Shown here: in pieces, positions 1-9,370 of the stretch
Position numbering within the stretch: the stretch's first letter is position 1
How the letters are laid out: the number at the start of each line of letters is the position of its first letter
Origin: an uncultured candidate division Zixibacteria bacterium
GTDB lineage: Bacteria > Zixibacteria > MSB-5A5 > GN15 > FEB-12
Assembly (NCBI GenBank): GCA_963664195.1
Contig: OY760907.1
Coordinates: forward strand, 1,152,001-1,216,000
DNA: 64,000 nucleotides
Direction of reading: 5' to 3'
Notes under the pieces: generated by a model
What the model was told of the DNA's origin: nothing
Databases searched by the model: none
What the model saw: only the letters and a program-made list of their open reading frames with translations
Position numbers and translations under genes: made by a program

Positions 1-10
1 AGAGGGTTTT

Positions 11-2053
11 ATGACTAGCGAGAACCAGAAAGACGACATACGGCTGGAGAATATCAGACTAATCTTGAAGGACCTGCTCAAGGTCATCAAGGTCGTCTCC
101 ATGTATCCGGAAAACAACCCGCTGCCGCAGTCGCTCAGACGCACGTTTGCCGAAAAACTTGTGAGCGTCATTGACGAACATGGTCAGTTTGAGATATTCG
201 TCGAAAAAGACCAGCTCCTGGTCAACGGTCAGACTGTCTTCAAAGACCGCTCCAAAGAAGACAACCTCGCCGGATTGTTTTTTAGTACCGGTATCACGCG
301 CTGCTCTCTTGAAGAGGAATTGGACGTCAAGGACGTCTACAAGATCCTCGACGCAATAAAGACATATCAGAACAACTGCGACGGTTCAGCCGACCTGGCC
401 GGGATTCTCTGGGAGAGCGAAATCAACGGATTTGCCTTCAAGACAGTTGAAGATATCGCTCTCGCCGACTACGACGGCGATTTCCGCGTGCAGGAGGTCT
501 TCCAGGCGGGTGGCAATCCGGACGATTCAGAGGTCAGCCGGCAGAAGTACGACGCCCTCTTTGAGCAGATAAGTTCGGCGGAGAGCGGAGGCCTCGATGA
601 CGACATGAGGCTGGAAGAGTCCGGCCGCCTTTCGTTTGGCGATTCGTCGCCGGTCGACAGTCTTATCACCGGCGGCATAATCGAGGGCGGAATCCTCGAC
701 TCCCCGAGCCAGCCGACAAACCGTCAGGCGATCGGAAACAACGCCTCGGAATCCGAGGCCGCAAATATTGAGCTGCCGGACATCGACAACCTGATGGTTC
801 GCAAAACGGTTTTTGATGGCGATAACGCCGAGGACAACCAGTCGCTGCGCATTCTCGAAGCAGTCGATGCTATGGGCATGGGGGAGGTCAAAGAGCAGTC
901 GGCTCCGGTTCCTGATGCTACTCTCATTCTGAACTCCGAAGTGAGACTGTCGGAGGAAGAAGAACTGCGGGTGCGAGAGATTACCAGAGCGGATGCCTCA
1001 TTTGACATCTACGAATCAACCGCAGAGCTTCTCAAAGAGATGATCCACCACGAGTCTGACATGACCGGTTTCTATGAAACCGTCACGATCATCGAAAAAA
1101 TCCTCTCTGAGTTTGTCCAGGCCGGTCAGATCACTCATGCTACTGATTTGCTCCAGTACGTCAAGGCTGTCGGGGACAAGATACGACGCACCAAGCCTCT
1201 CTGGGCGGAGAGGCTTAAGGACACGCTTATCAGCCAGGGTAGTCGCGAGCAGCTTCTTGTCTTATCCAGGGCGCTTAACGAATCACCGGAGATCGGCACC
1301 CGGGAACTTCGGTCGTACCTTGAGAATTTCGGATGGGAAGCTCTCCTTGGAGTCACCGATCTGCTGAGCCATCTGGAGCACTCCCATCATCGCGAGACGG
1401 TCGGGAACTACCTGTCCGTCAAAGGGGGTGACAACATGGAAATCGTCGCGCGGGGCATCTATGACAAAAACCCGTCTGTTGTCTGTTCTTCGATTGCCGT
1501 GCTGGCCAGAATCGGTGGAAGAAAAACACTCGGACACTTCAAGCGACTCATCAAGCACGACAATCTGGACGTTCGCCTGACGCTCGTCAGGGAACTGCAA
1601 AACAGCCCGGACGACGTGGTGCTGGAACTACTACAACAACTGGTCATAGACAAAGACTCGCAGGTTCGGAAAGAAGCCGTTCGTTCGATCGTGGCCCGTC
1701 GTGGTCAACCTGCCTTTGATACGATTACCGATATCCTCAACAGTGACGGGTTTGGCTCGCTCGAACCGGGTGACCAACAGGACATTCTGAACGCCTACTC
1801 GTTTCTTGGAGGGGACGCAGCGGTCGAGTACCTCGTGAGTTTGGTTAAAAGAGCGAATCCGTTAAGAAACGACATTCTCACGTACTACCGCAATGCCGCC
1901 CTTGAGGCCTTGTCCAGGAATCGCGGCGAGAAGAGCGAGAAGGCCCTTGTCAAGCTGGCCTCAAACTGGCGACCCGCGATAAAAACAGGCGCGGTGGAAG
2001 CTATCAGAAGACGCCGGCAACTCATTTTCGGAGCATCTGATGAAATCGACTAA
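11..2053 (+). CDS. HEAT-repeat domain protein (acidic central linker)
   Basis: 680 aa ORF. N-terminal 'MYPENNP' motif and C-terminal HEAT-like repeats (DKNPSVVCSSIAVL, HDNLDVRLTLV, DKDSQVRKEAV). GAGGG SD before the ATG. Overlaps the downstream HD-GYP gene. Confidence 0.75.
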   Translation: MTSENQKDDIRLENIRLILKDLLKVIKVVSMYPENNPLPQSLRRTFAEKLVSVIDEHGQFEIFVEKDQLLVNGQTVFKDRSKEDNLAGLFFSTGITRCSLEEELDVKDVYKILDAIKTYQNNCDGSADLAGILWESEINGFAFKTVEDIALADYDGDFRVQEVFQAGGNPDDSEVSRQKYDALFEQISSAESGGLDDDMRLEESGRLSFGDSSPVDSLITGGIIEGGILDSPSQPTNRQAIGNNASESEAANIELPDIDNLMVRKTVFDGDNAEDNQSLRILEAVDAMGMGEVKEQSAPVPDATLILNSEVRLSEEEELRVREITRADASFDIYESTAELLKEMIHHESDMTGFYETVTIIEKILSEFVQAGQITHATDLLQYVKAVGDKIRRTKPLWAERLKDTLISQGSREQLLVLSRALNESPEIGTRELRSYLENFGWEALLGVTDLLSHLEHSHHRETVGNYLSVKGGDNMEIVARGIYDKNPSVVCSSIAVLARIGGRKTLGHFKRLIKHDNLDVRLTLVRELQNSPDDVVLELLQQLVIDKDSQVRKEAVRSIVARRGQPAFDTITDILNSDGFGSLEPGDQQDILNAYSFLGGDAAVEYLVSLVKRANPLRNDILTYYRNAALEALSRNRGEKSEKALVKLASNWRPAIKTGAVEAIRRRRQLIFGASDEID

Positions 2054-3485
2054 AGACGACGACAGAATCAGGACTCTGGCCGGCAAAGACGAAGAACAGC
2101 TCCTCAACGCTTTTTTTGTTTTCTATAAGACGGCTCGTATTCTCGATGAAAACAACGACACGTTCAAGAAGCAGCGGGACAATTTTGTCCGGTGCATGAA
2201 AAACGTGGCCAAATCCGATCCTCAGGTGACTATTAAGCTCGTCACGGGTCGCTATTTCGTCAATGAGCTGATGGTTGCTTTCGATGAAAACGGGCTTTCC
2301 GGTGCCGCCAGTGTCGTGTCAGAATGGAAGAAAATCGGACTGGGCGGAGTGAAATTCAACACCGAGGCCGCAGCCGAATCAATCGGCCTGTTCTTCAGCT
2401 ACCTTTCATCGCTCAGACCTGACGACCATAACGTCGAATCAATCTCTCAGGAACTGTCCGATAGAGACCTCTCCGTAGTGCAACTGCTCTCCTTGAAGGC
2501 CCTCGTAGTGGATACCCCGGTGGTAACCGAGGAAATGCGTCGCGAATTCCGCAACACCGCACGTAAGACTTTCTTCCGGGCCATGTCCACCGTTCAGGAA
2601 ATCGTCCAGAATACACGGAGTGACAAGGAAATCAACGTTGCTAAAACCAAACGGGTAGTCCATAGCCTCATCGACCAGATTCTCCGCGACGAGCAATCCG
2701 TCGTCGAGCTTACGTCCATCCGTGACTACGATGACTACACGTACGCGCATTCGATCAACGTCACCATCTATTCCCTCACCCTGGGCGTCCGCCTCGGACT
2801 GGATCGTGGACGGCTGTCGCAACTCGGTTTTGCGGCACTGTTTCATGATGTCGGAAAGGTGAAACTGCCTTCAGATCTGATCAACAAACCGGACGCGTAC
2901 GACGAAAACGACTGGATTCAGATGCAGCGGCACCCGATGCTCGGAGCAAAGACGATCCTGCGCAATATGAAGCTCCAGGTACACACGGCCCGTGCAGCCA
3001 GAGCGGCATTTGAGCACCATATTCACAGTGATTTAACCGGCTACCCGCTACTGCAGTACGCAAAACGTCAGCCAAATCTCTTTGCCAAAATAGTGGCGGT
3101 GGTCGATACGTTCGATGCTCTCACCTCGGGACGAGTTTACCTCAAAAAGAACCTTGGACCAGACAAGGTAATCAAAAAGATGCGGCATCAAATGACCGAC
3201 AAGTTTGATCCGTTCCTGCTGAAGATATTCAACGATATCGTCGGCATCTACCCCGCCGGTACCCTGGTCATGCTCACGAGCGATGAGTTGGCCCTGATCC
3301 TGACCAACAACAGTAAGGAACCCTCTCGCCCGTACATTAAGATTGTCGGCGACCGCAACGGCCTGTTCGAGGAACCGATCTGGATCGATCTCTCACTGCC
3401 GGAACACGCAGACCGCAAAATCATCCGCCGTGTGGAACCGGAACATTATGGTCTTAATGTCAGAGATTTCGTTCTCTCGGACTAG
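2040..3485 (+). CDS. HD-GYP domain phosphodiesterase (c-di-GMP turnover)
   Basis: Motifs YTYAHSINV, HDVGK, HP..G, EHH, TGYP and DTFDALTS.R.Y are intact. Confidence 0.88.
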   Translation: MKSTKDDDRIRTLAGKDEEQLLNAFFVFYKTARILDENNDTFKKQRDNFVRCMKNVAKSDPQVTIKLVTGRYFVNELMVAFDENGLSGAASVVSEWKKIGLGGVKFNTEAAAESIGLFFSYLSSLRPDDHNVESISQELSDRDLSVVQLLSLKALVVDTPVVTEEMRREFRNTARKTFFRAMSTVQEIVQNTRSDKEINVAKTKRVVHSLIDQILRDEQSVVELTSIRDYDDYTYAHSINVTIYSLTLGVRLGLDRGRLSQLGFAALFHDVGKVKLPSDLINKPDAYDENDWIQMQRHPMLGAKTILRNMKLQVHTARAARAAFEHHIHSDLTGYPLLQYAKRQPNLFAKIVAVVDTFDALTSGRVYLKKNLGPDKVIKKMRHQMTDKFDPFLLKIFNDIVGIYPAGTLVMLTSDELALILTNNSKEPSRPYIKIVGDRNGLFEEPIWIDLSLPEHADRKIIRRVEPEHYGLNVRDFVLSD

Positions 3486-4141
3486 AAATTAAAGGCCACC
3501 TGCGCGTTCACGCCTCCGGCCTCATCAGGCATTATCTCAAAACTGATCTTGTCGTTTCGCTTGTCCAGCGGGGAACCGGACAGGTGAGCATCGACATAAG
3601 CATCGAACATAGATAGAAAAACCGTGATGCCAACAAACCAGGCGTACTTGTTGCGGTTCTTCCGTTTATTGTCATAAAACTCGTACCAGTGGTTACGGGA
3701 CGCAATCGTGGTTGCTGCTTCGTATCGCTCTCGAGCGTCATTGGCCTGCCCCCGGTAATGGAGGCTGGCAGCAAAACACACGACCTCCAGACTGAAAATC
3801 ACCGCCGCCTTCGTGTATCGTCGGTTTCCGAACTGGCCCCACCCCGGAACAAACATCGATTTGAACAGCGCCCCGGTAGGATTCTGCGTGAGGTGTTGTT
3901 CCAGATCAACCGGATTGGTGACCCGACCGGCAAACGACTTATCCGGCGGAGGTTCAAAAAGAACCGTATCGGAGACTGCGGCTGAATCAAGCACAACCAG
4001 ATCAACGACATCAGTCGTGTCCGCGAAGACAGACGCCGCCATCAGCAACAAGATGATGATGGCGAAGACCGCACCGACGGTATGTCGGTCAGCAGAGAAC
4101 GCTGAGTTGTTTCTGATCGATGTGAATCTCAAGAATGTCAT
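3482..4141 (-). CDS. DUF5683-like exported/membrane protein
   Basis: Signal-like hydrophobic N-region and the motifs 'P..A...S..VPGWGQ..N' and 'DAYVDAHL'. Start is uncertain because it overlaps the upstream gene. Confidence 0.7.
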   Translation of the reverse strand: MTFLRFTSIRNNSAFSADRHTVGAVFAIIILLLMAASVFADTTDVVDLVVLDSAAVSDTVLFEPPPDKSFAGRVTNPVDLEQHLTQNPTGALFKSMFVPGWGQFGNRRYTKAAVIFSLEVVCFAASLHYRGQANDARERYEAATTIASRNHWYEFYDNKRKNRNKYAWFVGITVFLSMFDAYVDAHLSGSPLDKRNDKISFEIMPDEAGGVNAQVAFNF

Positions 4142-5033
4142 TCGGCACGCTGATAATTTCGCCGTCGAGATACAGACTCCGTCCCCTGACAGGCTGGCAG
4201 GTGATGGCCTTGCCTCGATACAGGCGTACTTCGTTCCCGTAGAGATATCTCTTCTTTAGTATTAGACGCGTATAGGACGCAAAGTATCCCGGATCATCCC
4301 CTTGATCGAAAACTATTTCCGCATGACCGTCGTCATCTATCGAAGCCGTTGTAAGCGGCAAACCGACCGAATACGGCAGAAGATTTACATTCAGGATGAT
4401 TGGGCGAATCTCAAATCGAAAACTGTCCACCTTGAGCAGGGTCTTCTTCTGCGCCACTCCCCCGGCTATTCTGGCTCCAAGCTGAGACCAGCCCAGCGCA
4501 AATCGGGGCGCCTTCTGCTCGCTGAGTTCCTCAAACAGGTGCGGAATGAATCCCAGACCGATCGAACCGAAAAACGGTATGTCAGCCGCCCGACCGACAT
4601 CAATCTGACGATACTCACCACCCATTATAGCCTTGATGGCCGACTCGACCCCGGTATCGGCGTACAGGTATCGGGCGATATTGTTCATCTTGCCCATGGG
4701 GAGACAACCAATCGGAAGATTTCCTGCCAGGGCTGCCCGGGCACATAGATTGAAAGTACCGTCACCACCACAGGCAATAAGTGACGTCACTTTGCCGCCA
4801 CGGGCATAGGGTGCCGGGTAGGCTCTACTTGAACGACGGCTCCCGGAGGCAACCTCGGCCTGTTTGAGCAGATCTACAGCCGTTTCCGGCTCGTAGATAG
4901 TATATGTTCCACCGGAGTCGCGTATCGCCGAAATCAACCGGTCCACTGCGGCTTTCCGATAACCGGACGCCGCGTGATTGACCAGGATGGCAAAATGGGA
5001 TTTGCCGGTTCGTTGTTGTCGTTTACGTATCAT
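4089..5033 (-). CDS. Diacylglycerol/lipid kinase family protein
   Basis: Motifs VNHAASG, CGGDGT, LPMGKMNN, GSIGLGF and LDGE. Confidence 0.85.
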   Translation of the reverse strand: MIRKRQQRTGKSHFAILVNHAASGYRKAAVDRLISAIRDSGGTYTIYEPETAVDLLKQAEVASGSRRSSRAYPAPYARGGKVTSLIACGGDGTFNLCARAALAGNLPIGCLPMGKMNNIARYLYADTGVESAIKAIMGGEYRQIDVGRAADIPFFGSIGLGFIPHLFEELSEQKAPRFALGWSQLGARIAGGVAQKKTLLKVDSFRFEIRPIILNVNLLPYSVGLPLTTASIDDDGHAEIVFDQGDDPGYFASYTRLILKKRYLYGNEVRLYRGKAITCQPVRGRSLYLDGEIISVPNDILEIHIDQKQLSVLC

Positions 5034-5223
5034 TGTGGTGAAGTATAGCCAATCGCACTGAAAAAAGGAAATTGTAAGAAGACTTTTTTTGGCCAGCCCG
5101 AGTGGGGACAGATCCGGCGACGACTTCGGGACACGTGCAGTCAGACAATCACGTTTGACGGCACATAACCCGCACTGCCCCCCTAAACCGCCGTGATTGA
5201 ACAGCCGACTAGTCTAATAGACG

Positions 5224-5252
5224 TTGCATTTGACAAACGGCTGAAGTACCTT
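5224..5252 (+). promoter_or_regulatory. sigma70-like promoter (TTGCAT-N17-TACCTT) directly before the exosortase ATG, probably leaderless
   Basis: 17-bp spacing; the -10 ends 8 nt before the ATG at 5261; no SD. Confidence 0.45.
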
Positions 5253-5260
5253 CACTGCAG

Positions 5261-6106
5261 ATGGCAGAAAGCATATTGACAAAATCGACCAACAAGCTCG
5301 GGATACTGGCTGTACCGCTGGTAGTGACAGTTCTTGTCTACCTTCCCACGCTCTATGACCTGGTCTATGACTGGTACACCGACTCCAACTATTCCCACGG
5401 CTTCCTGGTCCCGCTGGTCTCGATTTACCTGATCTGGACCGCGCGCAAAGAGCTCAACAAGCTCCCGGTCAAACCGACAAGCGGCGCTCTGGCGATTCTC
5501 CTCGCCGGAATCGGTATGTTTGTGGTCGGTACGGCCGCCGCCGAGTATTTCACTGCCCGCATGTCCTTTGTACTGACACTATTCGGTCTGACGTGGTATT
5601 TGCTCGGCTATGAGACGATTAAGAAGATCTGGTTTGCGTTCTTCTTCCTCTGCTTCATGATCCCGGTACCGTACGTCGTGTATTATGCAGTCTCCTTTCC
5701 GATGCAGCTTATCGCCACCAAAATAACCGTGGGCGTGCTCAACGTGATTGGTATGGGAGTGGTTCGCCAGGGAAACATTATTCATCTGGCCGGGGGCCTG
5801 TCGCTTGAGGTAGCCGATGCCTGCTCGGGGATTCGTTCTCTTGTCTCATTGCTCGCACTGGGCGCTATCTACGCCTACTGGACCCAGAAGAAACTACTCG
5901 CTCAGGCTACACTGTTTCTCTCCACCATCCCGATTGCCGTCTTTGCCAATGTCGTCCGCGTGCTGGTCACTACGCTGGCCGCATCGCTGGGACTGACTGA
6001 GATCACTGAGGATCCGCTGCATTCTCTGATGGGTCTTTCGGTGTTTGTGGTCGCGTTTATCTGTCTCATTGTGGCGGGCGCTGTCGTGAGGAGGATATTC
6101 AGATGA
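5261..6106 (+). CDS. Exosortase (EpsH/XrtA family)
   Basis: Multi-TM protein with YSHGFLVP, catalytic 'VADACSG' (Cys), 'NVVR' (Arg) and 'LH' (His). Confidence 0.92.
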   Translation: MAESILTKSTNKLGILAVPLVVTVLVYLPTLYDLVYDWYTDSNYSHGFLVPLVSIYLIWTARKELNKLPVKPTSGALAILLAGIGMFVVGTAAAEYFTARMSFVLTLFGLTWYLLGYETIKKIWFAFFFLCFMIPVPYVVYYAVSFPMQLIATKITVGVLNVIGMGVVRQGNIIHLAGGLSLEVADACSGIRSLVSLLALGAIYAYWTQKKLLAQATLFLSTIPIAVFANVVRVLVTTLAASLGLTEITEDPLHSLMGLSVFVVAFICLIVAGAVVRRIFR

Positions 6107-6747
6107 AACGCAATCTGATCATCGCCACAGTGCTGATTCTCCTCGGCGGCATCATCGCCAACTATTTGAGATTTGCCGTGCCGATGCCTGACTCACAGCC
6201 CTCGTACAGCCTGATCCCAATGGAGAAAAGAGGCTACTTTGCAACCGAACACCGGTTCGACGAGTCCAGCTACGACATTCTCCAGGCAGATACCACCACC
6301 CTGCGTTTGTACCGCAATCCGGATGATCATCCCATCTGGCTGTTCATCGGCTACTTTGAATCGCAGAAATACGGATCGCAGATTCACTCGCCTCGTCATT
6401 GTCTGCCCGGCAGCGGCTGGAAAATCAGGAAACACGAGCCGTATGTACTGAAACTCGCCGACGGTTCTTCCAGGGAGATCAACCGGCTGATTATCACCGA
6501 GCGGGACCGCAAAGAGATCATGCTCTACTGGTTCGAGACCCGTGGCGGATCAATCCGGAGTGAGTTTGGGCTGAAATGGGATCTGATGATGAACTCGCTG
6601 GCGCTGAGACCGTCCGATGCCGCCTTTGTTCGCGTGAACATGCCCCTTCTGCCGAACGACGATGTTGAAGAGGCCACCGAAGTGGCAGTTGCGTTTCTCC
6701 AGGAGTTCCTGCCTGATATTGAGCGGGCACTCCCTTTTGGCAACTAA
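6103..6747 (+). CDS. EpsI family exosortase-associated protein
   Basis: Motifs 'IHSPRHCLPGSGW', 'MLYWF' and 'DAAFVRV'. ATGA overlap with the exosortase gene. Confidence 0.9.
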   Translation: MKRNLIIATVLILLGGIIANYLRFAVPMPDSQPSYSLIPMEKRGYFATEHRFDESSYDILQADTTTLRLYRNPDDHPIWLFIGYFESQKYGSQIHSPRHCLPGSGWKIRKHEPYVLKLADGSSREINRLIITERDRKEIMLYWFETRGGSIRSEFGLKWDLMMNSLALRPSDAAFVRVNMPLLPNDDVEEATEVAVAFLQEFLPDIERALPFGN

Positions 6748-6751
6748 GGAC

Positions 6752-6780
6752 TTGAGACAAACACTCTGGCCCGTTATAAT
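6752..6780 (+). promoter_or_regulatory. sigma70-like promoter (TTGAGA-N17-TATAAT), probably leaderless for the UbiA gene
   Basis: Perfect -10 ending 6 nt before the ATG at 6787; no SD. Confidence 0.55.
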
Positions 6781-6786
6781 CTACCT

Positions 6787-7659
6787 ATGCTCAGCCACCT
6801 GATATCACTGGCGCGACCCCTCCAGTGGATAAAGAATGCCTTCGTTTTGGCTGCACTTGTATTCGCCGGAGAAATCGACAACCCGGACAAAGTACAATTG
6901 GCCCTGATCGCGGCAGCGGTATACTGTCTGCTCTCCTCAGCGATGTATGCATTTAATGACCTGCGGGACCGGCAACAGGATCGTGAGCATCCCCGCAAAA
7001 AACACCGTCCGCTCGCTTCAGGCAAAGTCACGGCTCTTCAGGCCACAGTGTTTATCGCACTGCTGGCAGCCGGCGGGCTCAGCGGTTCCTGGTATCTGGG
7101 CACGAAATTCCTTGTTGTCGCCATCTGCTTCATCGGCTTGAACGGATTGTACTCCCTCTGGCTGAAATATGTCGTATTGCTCGATGTCATGTCTATTGCA
7201 ATCAGCTTCGTTATCCGTGCCTATGCCGGTTCGGTGGCAATCGACGTTTCTGCCTCGAAATGGCTGCTCATCAACACGCTGCTGCTGGCCCTCTTTCTGG
7301 CGTTTGGCAAGCGTCGGCACGAACTCCTCCTGCTGGAGGACAACGCCACCAACCATCGCAAGAGCCTGAGCAAGTATTCTGCTTATCTTCTGGACCAATG
7401 TATAGGCGTAACCACCGCATCGGTGGTTGTGATGTACATGCTGTACACGTTCTCGACAGAGGTTTCTACAAAACTTGGAACCGACAAGCTCTTTGTCACC
7501 ATACCTTTTGTGATCTACGGCATTTTTCGTTACCTGTATCTCATCCACCGGAAAGCTCAGGGGGGATCACCTACGAGAGTGCTGTTTGGCGATAAACCTA
7601 TCCTGTTGACCGCAACTCTATGGTTGGCAACAGTGATCATTATTCTGTACGTGCTATGA
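6787..7659 (+). CDS. UbiA-family prenyltransferase (decaprenyl-phosphate phosphoribosyltransferase-like)
   Basis: Motifs 'RPLQWIKN', 'NDLRDRQQDREHPRK.HRPLASG' and 'KRRHEL'; multi-TM. Confidence 0.9.
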   Translation: MLSHLISLARPLQWIKNAFVLAALVFAGEIDNPDKVQLALIAAAVYCLLSSAMYAFNDLRDRQQDREHPRKKHRPLASGKVTALQATVFIALLAAGGLSGSWYLGTKFLVVAICFIGLNGLYSLWLKYVVLLDVMSIAISFVIRAYAGSVAIDVSASKWLLINTLLLALFLAFGKRRHELLLLEDNATNHRKSLSKYSAYLLDQCIGVTTASVVVMYMLYTFSTEVSTKLGTDKLFVTIPFVIYGIFRYLYLIHRKAQGGSPTRVLFGDKPILLTATLWLATVIIILYVL

Positions 7660-8237
7660 AAAATCGCATATTCATCATTCTGACAACTTTCACCCTTACC
7701 TCTCTCCTGATGCTGTCCTGTGGCAATAAGGACTCGGACCAGTCACCCTCAAACAACAGGGCCGTCGAGACGAGCGACGACAGCTCTCAGACATATACGG
7801 CCATGGAAACAGACGGCCTCGACACGACTTCAGACACGACAACCTCGCCGCTGGCATCGGAGAGAGTGGGCCTGTTTCCGGCAGAGCATCTTGTCCCCGA
7901 GTCGGTTGAACATACTCCGCACGACTATTTGGGAGCTGAGGGTTTTGATGACGTGCTCACTGCAAGATACGAAATCGAGGACCGGGAATTCACTCTGTTC
8001 CTGACTGATGATCAGTCCGGAATGGGGTTCTATCGCCTGTCTCAGTTTGCGGCCAGTCAATCACAGGTCAAACCGGCCCCGATGGAATTCGACGAAGGCT
8101 ACGGCGTCTGGTTTCATTCGCGCGACCACGGTTGGGTGCTCGGCGGTCTGAAAGACGGCTATCTTCTGGGCGTGGTTGGCTATCACAGCAGCCTCGAGGA
8201 ATTCGTCGCCCGCTGGGTCCAGGCGGTCAAGCGGTAG
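7656..8237 (+). CDS. Putative lipoprotein
   Basis: Start moved to the ATG overlapping the ubiA stop (ATGA). Lipobox LMLSC followed by a S/T/D-rich linker. Confidence 0.7.
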   Translation: MKNRIFIILTTFTLTSLLMLSCGNKDSDQSPSNNRAVETSDDSSQTYTAMETDGLDTTSDTTTSPLASERVGLFPAEHLVPESVEHTPHDYLGAEGFDDVLTARYEIEDREFTLFLTDDQSGMGFYRLSQFAASQSQVKPAPMEFDEGYGVWFHSRDHGWVLGGLKDGYLLGVVGYHSSLEEFVARWVQAVKR

Positions 8238-8299
8238 GCGACAACTCACCTTCCTCTTCTCCGCAACAGGCTCAAACACCCGTCCCGATCCCTTTCTTC

Positions 8300-8328
8300 T
8301 TGACAAAAGCGCTCCCTATCTCTATTAT
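8300..8328 (+). promoter_or_regulatory. sigma70 promoter TTGACA-N17-TATTAT
   Basis: Near-consensus hexamers with 17-bp spacing, about 370 nt upstream of the next ATG (8699). Confidence 0.65.
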
Positions 8329-8698
8329 TCACTCCAGAGTTTTGCGACACACGAGGTGTCGTGCTCAAGGGGGCGGCAGCGCGGATTGCTCTCACGTAGT
8401 GGCGACTGCCGGATCATTGTACTACACGATGTACTTGCGTTTGAACCACGCGACTTATTAGTTCGCCCGGTTCACTTATTTGGCTAGGAACAATTGAATA
8501 GCTGGCCTGACTTCGCGAATTGGACGAAGTCGGTCTGCACAAAACCGTTTTTCCGGCAAGCACCAGAAATTGTGGCGAGGTCTGCAATCGCACGCGTGAC
8601 GTCTGGGATTACAATTGGAGTAGTATGTTTGATATCAGTGACCATGCAAGTACGACGATAATTACTGGCTGCAATCCATATCAACAGGAGAGGTAATC

Positions 8699-9337
8699 AT
8701 GAACTGGCGTATCTGCTTCCTTGTCATCGCAACTCTGTGTCTTGCGCTTCCGACTCTGGCTGACACGGCCGCCGATCAGCCCGCCCAATCTGGCGGCGAC
8801 GAATCTCTTGTCCCCTACTGGCCGATCCAGATATCCGGCGGAACCTGCATCTACGGAGACGGCGTTTACACCGCCATACAGGCCGGTCACTATGCCATCC
8901 CTCCGTTCACCTGGGGGGGAACCTTCATTGCCTACGAAGTTGACGGTGACTGGGTGGCGTCTCCGACAACCGACAGCACCCGCATTAAGTTCAAAGTGGA
9001 CAAGCGCTGGGCCTCAACAGCCCCTTCGGCTACACTCTCGCTCAGCTATCTGGAATACAGTGTTGTTGCCCCTTTCGACACGTCGTATGTTACCTACCAA
9101 CTGACCGTTCCGATCTGTGATGTCATGTGTGGCGACCTCGACAACGACGGTACAGTATCTATGGGAGATATCACCGTAATGAACGACCACTTATTCATCT
9201 CGCTTACACCTCTGGCTCATCGACAGGCCGGCAATATGGATGGAAGCCAGGATGGTCTGGTGACAATGGGAGACCTGACCCGGCTAATCAATTACCTGTT
9301 TATCACACTGGATCCGGATGAATTGAACTGTCGCTAA
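8699..9337 (+). CDS. Secreted protein with C-terminal dockerin-like (duplicated Ca-binding loop) domain
   Basis: Signal peptide; 'GDLDNDGTVSMGDITVMNDHLFISL...GNMDGSQDGLVTMGDLTRLINYLF'; AGGAGAGG SD. Confidence 0.8.
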   Translation: MNWRICFLVIATLCLALPTLADTAADQPAQSGGDESLVPYWPIQISGGTCIYGDGVYTAIQAGHYAIPPFTWGGTFIAYEVDGDWVASPTTDSTRIKFKVDKRWASTAPSATLSLSYLEYSVVAPFDTSYVTYQLTVPICDVMCGDLDNDGTVSMGDITVMNDHLFISLTPLAHRQAGNMDGSQDGLVTMGDLTRLINYLFITLDPDELNCR

Positions 9338-9370
9338 AGAAGACTGCAATCCGAGCAGTTGTGAAGGGGG

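Noticed and set aside
8368..8420. GGGGGCGG start resembling tmRNA
   Set aside because: No GGA/TTCGAC 5' motif and no T-arm/CCA 3' end found.
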